Shown: one piece after another, positions 12,717 through 24,522 of the stretch
How positions within the stretch are numbered: position 1 is the first letter of the stretch
Layout: each line of letters begins with the position of its first letter
Origin: Camelus dromedarius
Lineage: Eukaryota
Direction of reading: 5' to 3'
Length of the DNA stretch: 64,000 bases
Assembly (NCBI RefSeq): GCF_036321535.1
Contig: NC_087437.1
Span: forward strand, 110,424,001 to 110,488,000
The notes under the pieces: generated by a model
What the model was told of the DNA's origin: nothing
Database searches by the model: none
Seen by the model: the letters and a program-made list of their open reading frames with translations, nothing else
Program-made: the position numbers and the translations under genes

Positions 12717-13285
12717 TGTTTTCAGCTATCTGTAATATGCAGCAAACCATCCAAAAGTCAGCGGCATAAAACCTGAGCCACTTTTTATTATGCTCATGGC
12801 ACTGTGGGTCAGGAATTCAGGCGGAGTACAGAGGAGATGGCTTGACTCTGCTACAATGTCCGGAGCCTCAGCTGGGAAGATGAGAACAGCCGGGAGTGAC
12901 CCAAACTGCTGGAGGCTGGAATCGTCTGAAGGCTTCTCCACTCATGTGTTGGCAGTTGGGTTGGGATGATTTAAAGACTGATCTTAGCTCAGGCTATCTG
13001 TAGGTCACCTACATATGTCTTCTGCACAGGGTCTTGATTTTTTACAACAAGAAAGCTAGGTTCTGAGAGAGGAAATCCCAAGACGGAGTTTCTGGGGAGC
13101 ACGAGTTCCAGGATGAAAGAGAAAGGTCTTTTATAACCTGTCTCAGAAGGTGCCTCGCGTGGCTTCCTGCAGACTTCAGCTGTCAAGGCAGTCAACAAGC
13201 CTACCCAGATTCAAGAGGAGGGAAAATGGACCCCCTCTCTCAACAGGAAAATTGTCAAAGAATCAGAGGGCCATGTTTTAATATT
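12717..13285 (-). mobile_element. MLT1 (F/G/H-like) MaLR solo LTR
   Basis: TGTGGGTCAGGAATTCAGG..GCCTCAGCTGGGAAGA..GGCTGGAATCGTCTGAAGGC..CCCAGATTCAAGAGGAGGG. Confidence 0.8.
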
Positions 13286-13399
13286 GGAACTTCTACATAC
13301 ATCCCTGTGAAATTTCATAATCCTAAGGCTAACTGCATACAAAGAAACAAAATTTAAATAACTTTGTGCTTTGTAAGTACAACAGAAAGAGAACCAGTC

Positions 13400-14260
13400 T
13401 GACAAAAGATATTACATCAAAAACACAAGGAGCTGAAAACAGGAAGGAAAAATGTCTATGTTGATATAGAAAGTTATTTTCAACCTAGTATTTGATATCT
13501 AGTTTAACTATAATTCAAGAATAAAACAGAAGACATTTTCAGATGCATCCAATGGTTCAGGAAGTTTATTACACCCTCTTAGAGATTGTCTTGAGAACGT
13601 GCTCCAACAAAACAAGAATTTAACCAAAGAGTGGGAGACATGGGATCTGTCAAACTACAGATTCAACCCAGAACAATAGAGAAATGGAATCCTAGGAAGA
13701 CAGTCAAGCATCAGTTTAGAAAGACAGAAGACAGAAAATAAGATCTCTGGCAGGAGGCAACAAAAACCAGGCAACGCCAAAGTTTCTAGGAAAAACTGAC
13801 ACTAAAACGAATTAAGATAGAAAAAGGCAAATAGTGTAAGAAAAAATAGTATTATTAGAAAGTATAGGAAAAATAGAAAGCTATTTAAGAAAGCCAATAT
13901 AGTCACAGTGTGCTCCTTGGCTCTACAAAGTAACTAACTGTGTAGCCTTAATAAAATGAAAGTGATTATTGATTAGTCCAATAATAGCTGAATAACAAAA
14001 TAGGGAGAACATGATGGGGAGTTATCAGGGAGTGCATTGTGTAAAGAGAGCTTCTTCGTCCATCATAAAGCAGTTTACTATCCTAATTAAGAGTATAGAA
14101 GCAACTACTAAAGAAGCAATCTAAAATAAAGTAAGGGGCCTGCTTTGCGGGAACAAGACTGAGGAAGAGTCGGGAATAGAATTTTTGCTCTATATTAAAA
14201 GTTACCCGGTACTATTTAATTGTTTAATTTGCATGTTTTAATTACATAAAAATTTTTAAT
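13400..14260 (+). mobile_element. Degenerate old L1 (L1ME/HAL1-like) fragments
   Basis: A-rich; TTTTCAACCTAG..AAACTATAATTCAAG..AGACATTTTCAGATG ORF1-end-like motifs; no intact frame. Confidence 0.45.
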
Positions 14261-15057
14261 GATTTTTAAAATGCTGATCATCATATTTTAATGTTAGCTA
14301 AAGACCAGGGGAAGACACAGAAAAGATTCATTATTACACTATTGAAAATTATGAGCCTCAAAACATAAATATACTCTTGTGTATTTAAGAATTTAATACA
14401 TTACAAATATGAAATCATAAATCAGCAATAAAAGGAGAACATTAGTCAAGTAGTGGTGCTGAGATAACTGTTTAACATTTGAAGAAAAACAAGAAAAAAA
14501 AAGTTCATACCGTAAACCATATTAAATTATACATCTTTGTAGTTAAATTAAAAATCCAGAAAGCATGCATCCTGGCCAGGGGGCAGGCCTTCCCTTCCCT
14601 AAGTAGCAATCACTGCAATCAAAAACTGTGCCTGGCAACTTGGATTTTAAAAGAATTTTAAACTGTTATTTTTCTTTTATAAAACTAAGTTCATAACATA
14701 TGAACGCAGAGAGTTTCTTTTTTTTTCTTTTTCTCTTGTAGAACACACAAAATCATACACCTGGAGGGAAAGGAGGTTTACCAGGAAAAGCTTACAACCG
14801 AGTTTTGGCCGGGTTGATAGTCCTGTTGGTGAAAATGGTCATCACTTAGAAATGTGAAGAACATGCACATCACCATCAATGGTATCTGTTTGGGGAGATT
14901 AGAGATGTTGTTTTTATCTTCAGCTTGTTCTACGCTCTCTGCCAACAGATTCCACAAATGGCTTTATTAAAAATTTCCTCTGATATATCTTATACATGAG
15001 ATATAACCTTAGCTGTAATACTAGCCAAATAAATCAGATTGGTATGGCCTGGGAAGG

Positions 15058-15495
15058 TGTGGTGGGTTGAATAGTAGCCCCCAAATATATGTCCAAGTCC
15101 TGGCCCCCAGGGACCCATAAATGTGGCCCTTATTTGAAAATAGGGTCTTTGCAGATGTAACCAAGTTAAGGATCTTGAGATGAGAGCCTCCTGGATTTAG
15201 AGCAGGCCTTAAATCCAATGACAAATATCCTTATAAGAGACAGAAAAGAAGACACAGAAACACAGGAGAAGGTCATGTGAAGACGGAGGGAGAGACTGGA
15301 GGGATGCTGCCACAAGCTAAGGACCACCAGGTCCACCCGAAAGAGGCAAGGAAAGAATCTTCCCTGGATCAGGGAGTGGGGCCCTGGGCCCTTTGATTTC
15401 AGACTTCTGGCCCCATAACTATGAGATAAATTTCCGTTGTCATAAGCCATCCACTGTATAGCAATTTGTTACAGCAACCCTAAGAAAGTAATGTA
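15058..15495 (+). mobile_element. MLT1C-like MaLR solo LTR
   Basis: TGTGGTGGGTTGAATAG..GGGTCTTTGCAGATGTAA..CCTTAAATCCAATGAC..TTTGTTACAGCAACCCTAAGAAAGTAA; near-TSD GAAGG/GAAGA. Confidence 0.9.
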
Positions 15496-15784
15496 GAAGA
15501 CATCATGGAGGTAGAACACTGCCACCCACTCTGAGGGATGGGAGGATATTCAGCAGGAGAAGGAACAGGAACTAGTAAAGATGCTTAGGTACGAGAGCCC
15601 AGGGCCTTCACAGATGACTTTTTATTTCAGATGAAGTATCCTATTCATACAAGCAAGTGGTCAGCATACTGGGAATGTATCTGTGGGCCTGCTAAGTCAT
15701 CCGCCACCAGCCTAAGAAATATGGACTTTGTGGAACAAAAGTAGTACTTTCTATGTATGTTTTGTTTCAAAGTTTACTAAGTCC

Positions 15785-15970
15785 CTTTATGTGTTATTTG
15801 AATCCCACAGCTAACTTATGAATTAGGCAGCGAGGGTTATTATATGAATTTTATAGACAGAAATAGTCCCACCTCTAGATGTGAAGTGACCTGCTCAAGG
15901 TTGCAGAGCTCATGAGTGGCTGTCAAAAGCATGACTTTTTCACTCCAAATCCAATGTCCTGCCCATTACA
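15785..15970 (-). mobile_element. MIR SINE
   Basis: TTATTTGAATCCCACAG..TTTTATAGACAGAAA..GTGAAGTGACCTGCTCAAGGTTGCAGAGCT. Confidence 0.65.
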
Positions 15971-17524
15971 CCTTGATGGCTTTAATAAATGATTAGGAAC
16001 TAATAAAGTTTGATTATGAGATCACAATAGTGCAATAAGAATACTAATTTGGATAAGAGGTTATAATTAGTGAAACCTATTAACTAGCTGTTAATAACAG
16101 TCAGGCGTGAGCTAATAAGGGCCAAGGTCAGGATGGTGTCAATTCAGATACACAAGAGTACATGAGGGAAATACTGAGAAGGAGCCTACATATTTTAAAC
16201 AGTGTACGTATCATACTTGCCCAAATTTTGTCATATTTTCTTAAATCCTTTCCTATTTTGGATTTTGTATAAACATCAATTGCATTCATGTCTACTGAAA
16301 TATATTATTCTTCTAACTACTTATCTATTTAGCATAAACTTTTAGGAAATTTGATATTGCCTTTTTTTCCCTCAAGGTACTAATCTCATTTTTGTGTCGG
16401 GTAGGATTATAGCCTATATGAAATCTAATTAAAAGAGCCTAGGATTAAAATTGGTTGGCTACACACACAAACACACACACACATGCTCATACACATATGC
16501 ACATATACACATATTTGTGTCAATCGCCTAAAACTATGGTACTTATATGAGCTCAGATAAAAGATCCTGATGGCAAATCCCACTGTGAGAAACTGTTACT
16601 GCTCTGGTGAGTAAGGAAGAGAGCTGGTAAGATTGAACCCTGAAATTTGAAAAACCTACTTCCTTATAGAACTCTTTAAAATATTGAGACTGGATACACC
16701 TTAAAAACTCAAAAAAAAATAGATATCTAACATAGAAAGCCACATTTTAACCAAAATTATCCATGTTCAATTGGGTATATATCCCCTAATGCATGGTTTT
16801 AGAGAGTGTGTTTAACAGGGCTCTGGTCCTTGGTGATATCCTAAGGGAGGAAAGTGTTTGGGATGCATTCCACTCTCAGAGAGTCATGATGTATACCAGA
16901 ATATTAGAAGCTCAGATAAAATCTACAGTAAAGAAACCAAAGAAACTTTACTTTCACTCATCCAGTATTTTTCAAATTTATTCTATCTGGAATTTTTTTT
17001 TTGAGGGACAAGGACAAGAGAGAGGATTATTTATTTTTGATAATTCATAGAACTAGAGCTCCATATAAAACTGTTCTAACATGTTGAGTCAACACGCTCT
17101 CAACAGAGTAACTATTTTGAGCTTGCTTCAAGGGAAAAAAAAAACAGTTTTTCTTTGTGCAAGTGGCAGTCATTATGTGCATTAAATAGAACAATTCAGA
17201 TAGATGACGTGATGTGCCAACCATGTCAACTGAGCTGGAATCATTACTTTTATCAAGAAGCAGAAAAATATTCACAGAAACTGAGAAAGCAAAAAAAAAA
17301 AAGATAAAAAGAGAAGAGGAAAATGCTGATTTTTTTAAATATTGGGGAAAATTGTTTTCTCTTTCATTATGCAAACTACATTCTGGGTGACTATCATCTG
17401 GATTCTCAGCACTGAAGCACAAAGATAAATGAAACAACATTGCAGAAATCTGGATTCCAAGGTATAAGCAAAGAAAAGTGTGAAGATTCAGCATGTGCTC
17501 GAAAATTCTTCAACAGCCACGGTT

Positions 17525-17745
17525 TCAGAAGAAAGCACTACGGCCAGTAGATACAACTGTAGCCATAGACCTCAGAGTTGAGCTTTCAAACTCAAAACCA
17601 ATGGAAGACATTGTGCCCACATTTTCCTTTACAGCAGACCTCCAAGGCCCGCTCTTCATGGGTTATAGCTCCCTTACGATTCAAAGAGCAAGTTCCCAGA
17701 GAAAGAACTGTGGCTGTCTGTGTCAGGAGAGAAAGATAAGGTGTA
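17525..17745 (-). pseudogene. Second, more decayed KRTAP-like relic, paralogous to 10476-10775
   Basis: Minus strand ACACCTTATCTTTCTCTCCTGACACAGAC-AGCCACAGTTCTTTCTCTGGGAACTTG (SHSSFSGNL; ATG lost) aligns with the first relic's leader and start; later YGYSCIYWP and ..GRSAFF* fragments; several stops and frameshifts. Confidence 0.5.
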
Positions 17746-18329
17746 AAGGGGAAAATTAATGCCTGGATTTTGATGTCTCCTTCCGCCTAAAGACAGCTGT
17801 AGCCTTTTCCTCATTAAGAAGTGTGACATCACCTAAGGACCTTCCCTCTCAACATGCATAGTAATTGTTTGGAAAAATCCTTTTTTCTAATCTTAACATT
17901 TTCTGGCTCATTAAGAAATGCACCTACTTTGCAAAGGAATTAAAGCACACTCAACAAATCATATAAAATATACTATATTTTCGAAGTCAGTGGGTAGCAC
18001 TAAACTTAATTTCATGCAACTCTGATATTTAGCAAGGGACTACTCTTTGTTGATATGACTTTATTAGTTTGTTCCTTGGATGTGTATTACCGCCAGGCCA
18101 CTGTTAACCTAATATTTTGTATTATCCACAGTATCCAAAGCCTACCAATGATTCGTAAGAAAAATCATGTAAATTTATTTCTGGATACAAGTCATCCATA
18201 GACATATACGGAACTTGAGAGAGTCACCATGTGAATCTCAATCAGTTTAATCAAATCTATCCTTTTATCTACAGAAAAATCCATGTTAAAATAACACAGC
18301 CTATACCTGAAGATTCAATTGCTATGGGA

Positions 18330-18500
18330 TCACACCCACCTGATGTTCTGCAGATGTCTCAAATGCAGTAGTCTCTAAAGGAAAATTATTATCTGTGGTC
18401 CACCTCATTTATCCTTCTACTGTATGCCCTCTCATGGGTAAGGACATCACTATCCACTGATCTTCCAAAATAGAAACTTGAAAGTCACCTTTGAGCACCA
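18330..18500 (+). mobile_element. L2 LINE fragment
   Basis: CCCACCTGATGTTC..ATGTCTCAAATGCAG..CATCACTATCCAC..AGAAACTTGAAAGTCACCTTTGA. Confidence 0.55.
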
Positions 18501-19686
18501 GTTACTTTTGAGCTCACCTCAAGCATTTATCATCGCAGGTTTCTCTGGTTATCAGGTAAAGAGAATTCTTACACAATTTCAGGGCTCCTTCTTACTCACC
18601 CTAAAAGGCTAAGCTCGTCACCTGATATTCGAGATACTCAAGAAAGGGATTACTGAGTCACGCTTTGTGTTCCATGCCTAACCTTAATAATAATTTTTGG
18701 AGCCACACTGGAACTCACTGTTTTTTTTGAACTCATCATAAGCATTCATATCTCCACAATTTGGGCCTTACAGCTTAATCTATGGGGAGCTACCCTCCTT
18801 TTTTCTCCCTTCACTCTACCCCACCCAACACCACTTGTTTCAATGTCCCCTGATTTTAAATGTGTAAATTACCCTGCAAGAGTTACCAGAAACGCCCTTT
18901 TCAATATGATGTCACCTGAGGCCATCATATGCATTTCTTCTCTGGGTGATATGCAAAATTGGGTGATACAATGAGCAAGGAAAGCCATCAAATTATAACA
19001 AAAGAAAGAAAAGAATAGAAGGAGAATCTAATCATAATTCTAAACCACCAATCTTTCCAATGCCCTTGAAGAGTCCAGTCAGCAGCTTTGAAAAATCACT
19101 CGCTTGATAGGTGCTACACAGAAACAAGTTCTCTAGGGAGAAAAAGAAAAATCAGAAAACTATTCTAAAATGCCAAAGGTTTTTGTCTGTTTTGCAGTGG
19201 GTTTATTTGGCCTTCAAATGTCACAACTCACTTTGAAAGGCCCAAACCACCCATGGAAATATTACACAGCTCAGTCAGCACTATTCACTAGTAAGTGTAG
19301 TTTGCCTTTTCAATTACTATTTCACCAGAGATATGGGCAGCCTCAAATAATTTTGTTGAGAGCCACTCATATAAAACATGGCCTAGACATGTTAGTTTTG
19401 CAGTACATATGGTACACTGGGAGCTGGCAGACTTAACCTTCAATCGGAGAAGAATTGGGTCAGCCAGCCTGTCTGAACTTTCATACTACAGAACACAGAA
19501 GATGAAACAATTCCATGATCCATCAGAATTGTGCTGCTCTTGTTCTCATGCATGTCATATGGATATTTCTATTTTTCTTAATATTCATGGAACTGTCTTG
19601 GCCTTCTCATTCTTATCTTACTTAGAGAGAGAGTGGAATCCATCTTGAATGCTGGTTTCTCTGGGTCAGCTAGCACAGCTCTTCCT

Positions 19687-20045
19687 CAGTGTTCTCCAGA
19701 ATGCTTTTCACAGAATGCTAGTCCCACTATGTGCTCCAAGGTAAAAGGGTACCATGGTTAAAGAGAGAGAGAGAGAGAAACATTTGAATACTATATCTCT
19801 CTAGCAGAGATTCACAGCAATTATTAATATAATAGCAATATTAAAAATCTGAGAGGATAGTGATTCTGTATAATCGAAACTAACACAATATTGTAAATGA
19901 ACTATACTTCAATTTTTTTAAATCTGAGAGGAGGACACAAATCATGTAAAAATGAATTGGATTTGAACTTCTCAAACATCTACCCTATTGAACTCCTCCT
20001 CTCCATTCCAAAATTAATATAGCACCAAACTAGATTTCTGCAGAA
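19687..20045 (+). mobile_element. MER103C-like hAT-Charlie relic, interrupted by a short L1 tail
   Basis: CAGTGTTCTCCAGAATG..CAGAATGCTAGTCCC..AAAAGGGTACCATGGTTAAA..GAGATTCACAGC. Confidence 0.55.
19858..19919 (+). mobile_element. Very short L1 3' tail insertion
   Basis: GAAACTAACACAATATTGTAAATGAACTATACTTCAA; 13-bp TSD AAATCTGAGAGGA at 19845-19857 and 19920-19932. Confidence 0.8.
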
Positions 20046-20049
20046 CTTC

Positions 20050-20174
20050 ACAGATAAAATACAGAATCTCAGTTACATTTGAATTTAAAAGGTAAACAAC
20101 ACATTTTTAGTATAAGTTTGTCCCCAATACTTGTCTCAACAGGGACATATTTATAGTAAAAAAAAAATTTATTT
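20050..20174. mobile_element. MER53 palindromic DNA element fragment
   Basis: CAGATAAAATACAG..CAGTTACATTTGAATTT..TTTTTAGTATAAGTTTGTCCC..GGGACATATTTATAGTAAAAAA. Confidence 0.75.
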
Positions 20175-20486
20175 TAAAAGACCAAGGCTAACAGTAGTAG
20201 ACACAGCAGAGGATGAGAGTAGGGAAGATATCCTAAGGTGATAAAGAGAACTAGAGACTGATTGTGAGATACGGCATCTCCCACTAGAAGAGCCTACCCA
20301 TTTGCAGGTGATGAGCTGTGTGCCAGCTTAACCTCACTGCACCATCACGTGCCCCTGAGGACTGGGGGGGGGGGGCACATGCATCCAGGACAGGACAGAC
20401 ATCAGGAGGAGCTGGCTAGTTCTCTGTGGTTAGATGGCTGGCTAAGTCCTCTAGAGTAAAGAGCAGTTGCCTAAGTGCACCCAGCA

Positions 20487-20570
20487 TAGGATTGCCATAA
20501 CAAACAAATAGAAATAAATGACTCCCAGTTACATTTGAATTTCAGGTAAACTATGAATCATTTTTTACTG
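20487..20570. mobile_element. Second MER53 half-element
   Basis: TAGGATTGCCA..CCCAGTTACATTTGAATTTCAGGTAAAC..TTTTTTA. Confidence 0.7.
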
Positions 20571-21339
20571 AATGAGGAAGATGTATGGGGCCCTTATCAA
20601 AGAGTATAGAGTCTAACAGTGGTTGACATAGCGTGTGATGCTCCAGGACAGACTAAGTGCAAAATAACTCATCAAGAAATGAGAACGGATAAGGAGCCAC
20701 CGTATCTGAATAGTGCTGCTGCATATTTATAGAAACAGCACTCAGACACCATTTAGTGGTTCCATCACTGACTATGTTTATTGGGCAAACAAATCACCCC
20801 TGTTCTATTTCCTCATCCTTTAAATCAGATCGTTGTATAAATTAATCTCTAAAGTCTCTTCCAGCACCAATATCTTACAAAAGATATTGCTACACAATGA
20901 AAAATAGAGGTCAGAATGGAGGATTTCATCATTAAGATGATACTGTGTGGCTTACCCTTACTAGATGGAAATATAACATTATGTGCCTATGGTTCAATTA
21001 TGGAGATGTTGCCTGATCAATTCCCATTTTACTTCAAGTTACAAATATCTAAATTATTCTCAGTCTTTGTAGGCATCACCAGAATCATTTACATCTCAAC
21101 TTTCCAGAAGTATTTTCCTTTCAGTTTGAAAAATAACTCCTCCTAGAAAGATAGATCCTTAAATGCTGTGAGTAACCCCTGAATATGTCAGTTTAGTGCC
21201 CAAATGGAATAAAACAGGGCTACTTGGTGAACAGACAGAACTAGAAATCTCATTCAGATTCATCCACCACGTTCAGAGTGCCCACTATGAGTCAAACTTT
21301 TGCAGTATGTTCTTTCGTTCTTAAAACCACATTATGAAT

Positions 21340-21873
21340 CATTGCAGATACAAGCTTGCTGTTCACCAGACTCATTTTCTCTTCCTCCTTTGCCTGCATC
21401 TACAATATGTGAACCAATGCTTTGCATTTAAGTGAAGCCATATGACTGGAAACTTGCCAATGAAATGGGGGCAGAAACAATGTGTGCGACTTTCAAGGCA
21501 GGCTCCAAAACCCTCCCCTCATGTGATCCCCACACTCCTTGCCCTTCTGTAGCCACATTAGAAGCCTTGTGTTAAAGCTAGAAAAGGTGCAGGACACTAT
21601 GCTGTACACCGGAAATTAATACAACATTGTAAACTGACTATACTTCAATTAAAAATAAATAAAAATTTAAAAAACAAAAAATAAAACACACACAAAAAAA
21701 GGTACAGGATAGAAAGTTTCTGTTTCCAAATCATCTGCTGGAGAAGAGCCACCCATCACTCAGTGACACCCACTCAAGACTAGATCTAAGCAGGAAATAA
21801 ACTCCTACTGTGTTAAGCTGTTTATAAACTATGCAGTTTATCTTTACAGCAATGAGCATTACCTTAGTTAACA
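21340..21873 (+). mobile_element. Old MLT1 (J-like) MaLR LTR, split by an L1 tail
   Basis: GCCATATGACTG..GCCAATGAAATG..GAAATAAACTCCTACTGTGTTAAGC. Confidence 0.7.
21595..21696 (+). mobile_element. Short L1 3' tail insertion
   Basis: CACTATGCTGTACACCGGAAATT..CTGACTATACTTCAA plus A-rich tail; TSD AAAAGGTG/ACAGGA at 21582-21594 and 21697-21709. Confidence 0.85.
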
Positions 21874-21884
21874 TTTGAAGTCAG

Positions 21885-22025
21885 CATTACTATACCCATT
21901 TTACACATGAAGAACAGAGCCTCTGAGAGATCAAACAGCATAACTTTCTGTCAATATGGTAGAATGGAATCCATCACTAGACCCAGCTCCAAGTCTTGTG
22001 ATTTTTCCAAAACAGTGCTGCCTCT
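21885..22025 (-). mobile_element. MIR SINE fragment
   Basis: ATACCCATTTTACACATGAAGAACAGAGCCTCTGAGAGAT. Confidence 0.6.
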
Positions 22026-22680
22026 ATTCCAAATTTCTGATTTCCAGAAGAGCATTACATATGCTTTTCAGAACATTTTCAGGCTTTTCCTTACAAAAGA
22101 AATTTTCCAGAATTATATGCTGACATGTGGGAAGAGTCAATGAGTTAATATCTTGGCAAGAGCTACCAGAAAAATTGAGTTACTTCCTTATTTTAATCAA
22201 ATCAATTTGAAAATTTGAATCCTGGGATTTATAACTGTAACTTTTACCCAGGGAGTAAGTTTTAAGATAAAGTTTCTTCACTTTATAATAGTGAGTTTTA
22301 TTTCCACATTTCATCCTCTATGGAAAACAGAAGGATGCACGGATTATGAAACACATTATTTCTTAATGTGATTTCTGGTCCTCAGCAACCTTTTACCTTT
22401 TCATAAATGTGTAGTTGAATGAATATGATCAGTAAAAAATATATAGTAACATAGACAATGGCTATACCTGTTCACCAAGCCTGCCTTCGACAAAAGAAGA
22501 ATTCTGGGAAAATACAGCAATGAACAAACAGACTTGCCCTTGCAATTAGCCCAGTTAAGCTCCCCAAATCCGTAAAATGTAGGATGTTTCCATACCTACC
22601 TTTACAAAAAATCCAAAACAGTTTGGTTACAACTTTTCTATGAGAAAATCACTACAATCTTTTTTGAAAAATGATTTCTT

Positions 22681-23294
22681 CCCAGTCCTGGGCATATATT
22701 CAGAGAAAAATAAAATTCAGAAAGATACATGTACCCCAATGCTCATAGCAGCACTATTTATGATAGCCAAGACATGGAAACAACCCAAATGTTCATCAAC
22801 AGATGACTGGATAAAGATATGGCACATATATACAATGGAACACTATCAGCCATAAAAAAGTATACAATAATGCCGTTTGCAGCAATATGGATGGATCTGA
22901 ACACCGTCATTCAAACTGAAGTGGGCCAGAAAGAGAAAGAAAAATGCCATACGACATCATTTATATGAAGAATCTAAAAAATAATAACAATAATAATGGC
23001 ACAAATGAGCTAATTATTATTTTGATTTCTTAAATATGTGTAAGCGCATTTGACTGTCCTTTATGATTGGATTACCACATTCTGTTGATTCCTATTTTGT
23101 GGTTGGCTTTATACCTTTGATAACTATGTAAGTTTAAAAAGCTTAAGATCTAATCTATTCTTAGAAACAATAATTATTACATATATGAAAACTAAAAAAA
23201 GTACAGTATACTGTTTATATGTATTTACATGCAATATAATGTGTATGTGCACAATCAAACTGTAATAATTCTACATAATAAAACTGGAAAAAAA
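22681..23294 (+). mobile_element. Retroposed chimeric insert: L1 fragment (~22681-23015) plus ~275 bp non-L1 sequence ending in AATAAA and a short A-tail
   Basis: Perfect 15-bp TSD GAAAAATGATTTCTT at 22666-22680 and 23295-23309; AATAAA at 23277-23282. Confidence 0.8.
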
Positions 23295-23361
23295 GAAAAA
23301 TGATTTCTTTTCTTTAGGATTAATACCCTCATCTATTTCTTCCAAAAGATTTTAAGATGCA

Positions 23362-23745
23362 TGTGATGTGATTAAGTTTATGTATCAACTTGGCTGGACC
23401 AGTGTGCCCAGATATTTGGTCACATTATTCTGGATGCTTCTGTGAGGGTGTTTTGGATGAGATTAACATTTAAATTGGTGTACCTTGAGCAAAGCAGATT
23501 ACTCTCCATAGCATGAGTGGGTCACCCAATCAGTTGAAGGCTGATTAGAATGAAAGATGGACCTCCCCTAAGCTAGAGGGAATTCTGCCAACAGAGAGCC
23601 CTTGGACTTGAGCTGTAGCACCTACTCTCCCTCTATATCCAGCCTGATGGTCCACCTTGCAAATTTTGGACTTACCAGTCTCTGCAAACCCATGAGACAA
23701 TTCCTTATAATAAAACAATCCCTCTCTCTCTCTGTGTCTGTCTAA

Positions 23746-23793
<48 letters not shown>

Positions 23794-23831
23794 TATTGAT
23801 TCTATTTCTCTGGAGAACCTGGCTAAATATA
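23362..23831 (+). mobile_element. MLT2B-like ERVL solo LTR
   Basis: TGTGATG..TTTATGTATCAACTTGGCTGG..CCCAGATATTTGGTCA..CAATCAGTTGAAGGC..TTCTCTGGAGAACCT. Confidence 0.9.
23751..23790. repeat. (CA)20 microsatellite within MLT2 LTR
   Basis: Read directly. Confidence 0.95.
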
Positions 23832-24050
23832 GTACCTCAATTATTAATTACAGTTTGAATTATAGAAATAAATAAGAATCTAAAAACTCAAAAATTATCT
23901 TCTCCTTATATTTACTGAACATGCATTTAATAATAATCTTCTGGGAACTGTGAGTACCAGGCCAAGAAGTCTCAATAGCATTCATCAGGTAATGAATGTG
24001 TCTTGACATTTCTGAGTGGAAAACTGACATTATCAGATTTGTGGCTTTAG

Positions 24051-24522
24051 TGTTATGGGTTGGATTGTGCCTCCCTAGAATTCATATGTTGAAGTTCTAA
24101 CCCCAGTATTTCATATTGTGACATTGTTTGGAAATAAGTTTTTTGCAGGTAGAATTTGTAAAGATGAGATCATACCTGAGTAAGGTATGTCACTAGTTCA
24201 ATATGACTGGTGTCTTTATAAAAAGGGGAAATTTGGACACAGACATGAGCACACACACAGGGAGAATGTCATGTAAAGATGAAGGCAGAGGTCAGAGCGA
24301 TGCTTCTACAAGCCAAGGAATGCCCCAAATTGTCAGCAAACCACCCGAAGTTCTGGGTGAGTCATGGAACAGTTTCTCCCTCAGAGTCCTCAGAAGGAAC
24401 AGATCTCAGTAACACCTTGATCTCAGACTGCAGCCTTCAGAACTTTGGGACATTAAATTTCTGTTATTTAAGCCACCCAGTTTGTGATCCTTAGTTACAG
24501 CAGCCCTAGGAGGTGAAAAACA
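24051..24522 (+). mobile_element. MLT1C-like MaLR solo LTR
   Basis: TGTTATGGGTTGGATTGTG..ATATGTTGAAGTTCTAACCCC..CAAGCCAAGGAATGCC..GTTACAGCAGCCCTAGGA. Confidence 0.9.

Noticed and set aside
17045..17494. 149-aa minus-strand ORF
   Set aside because: Low-complexity T-rich translation lying in the would-be 3'UTR of the second relic; no coding signature.
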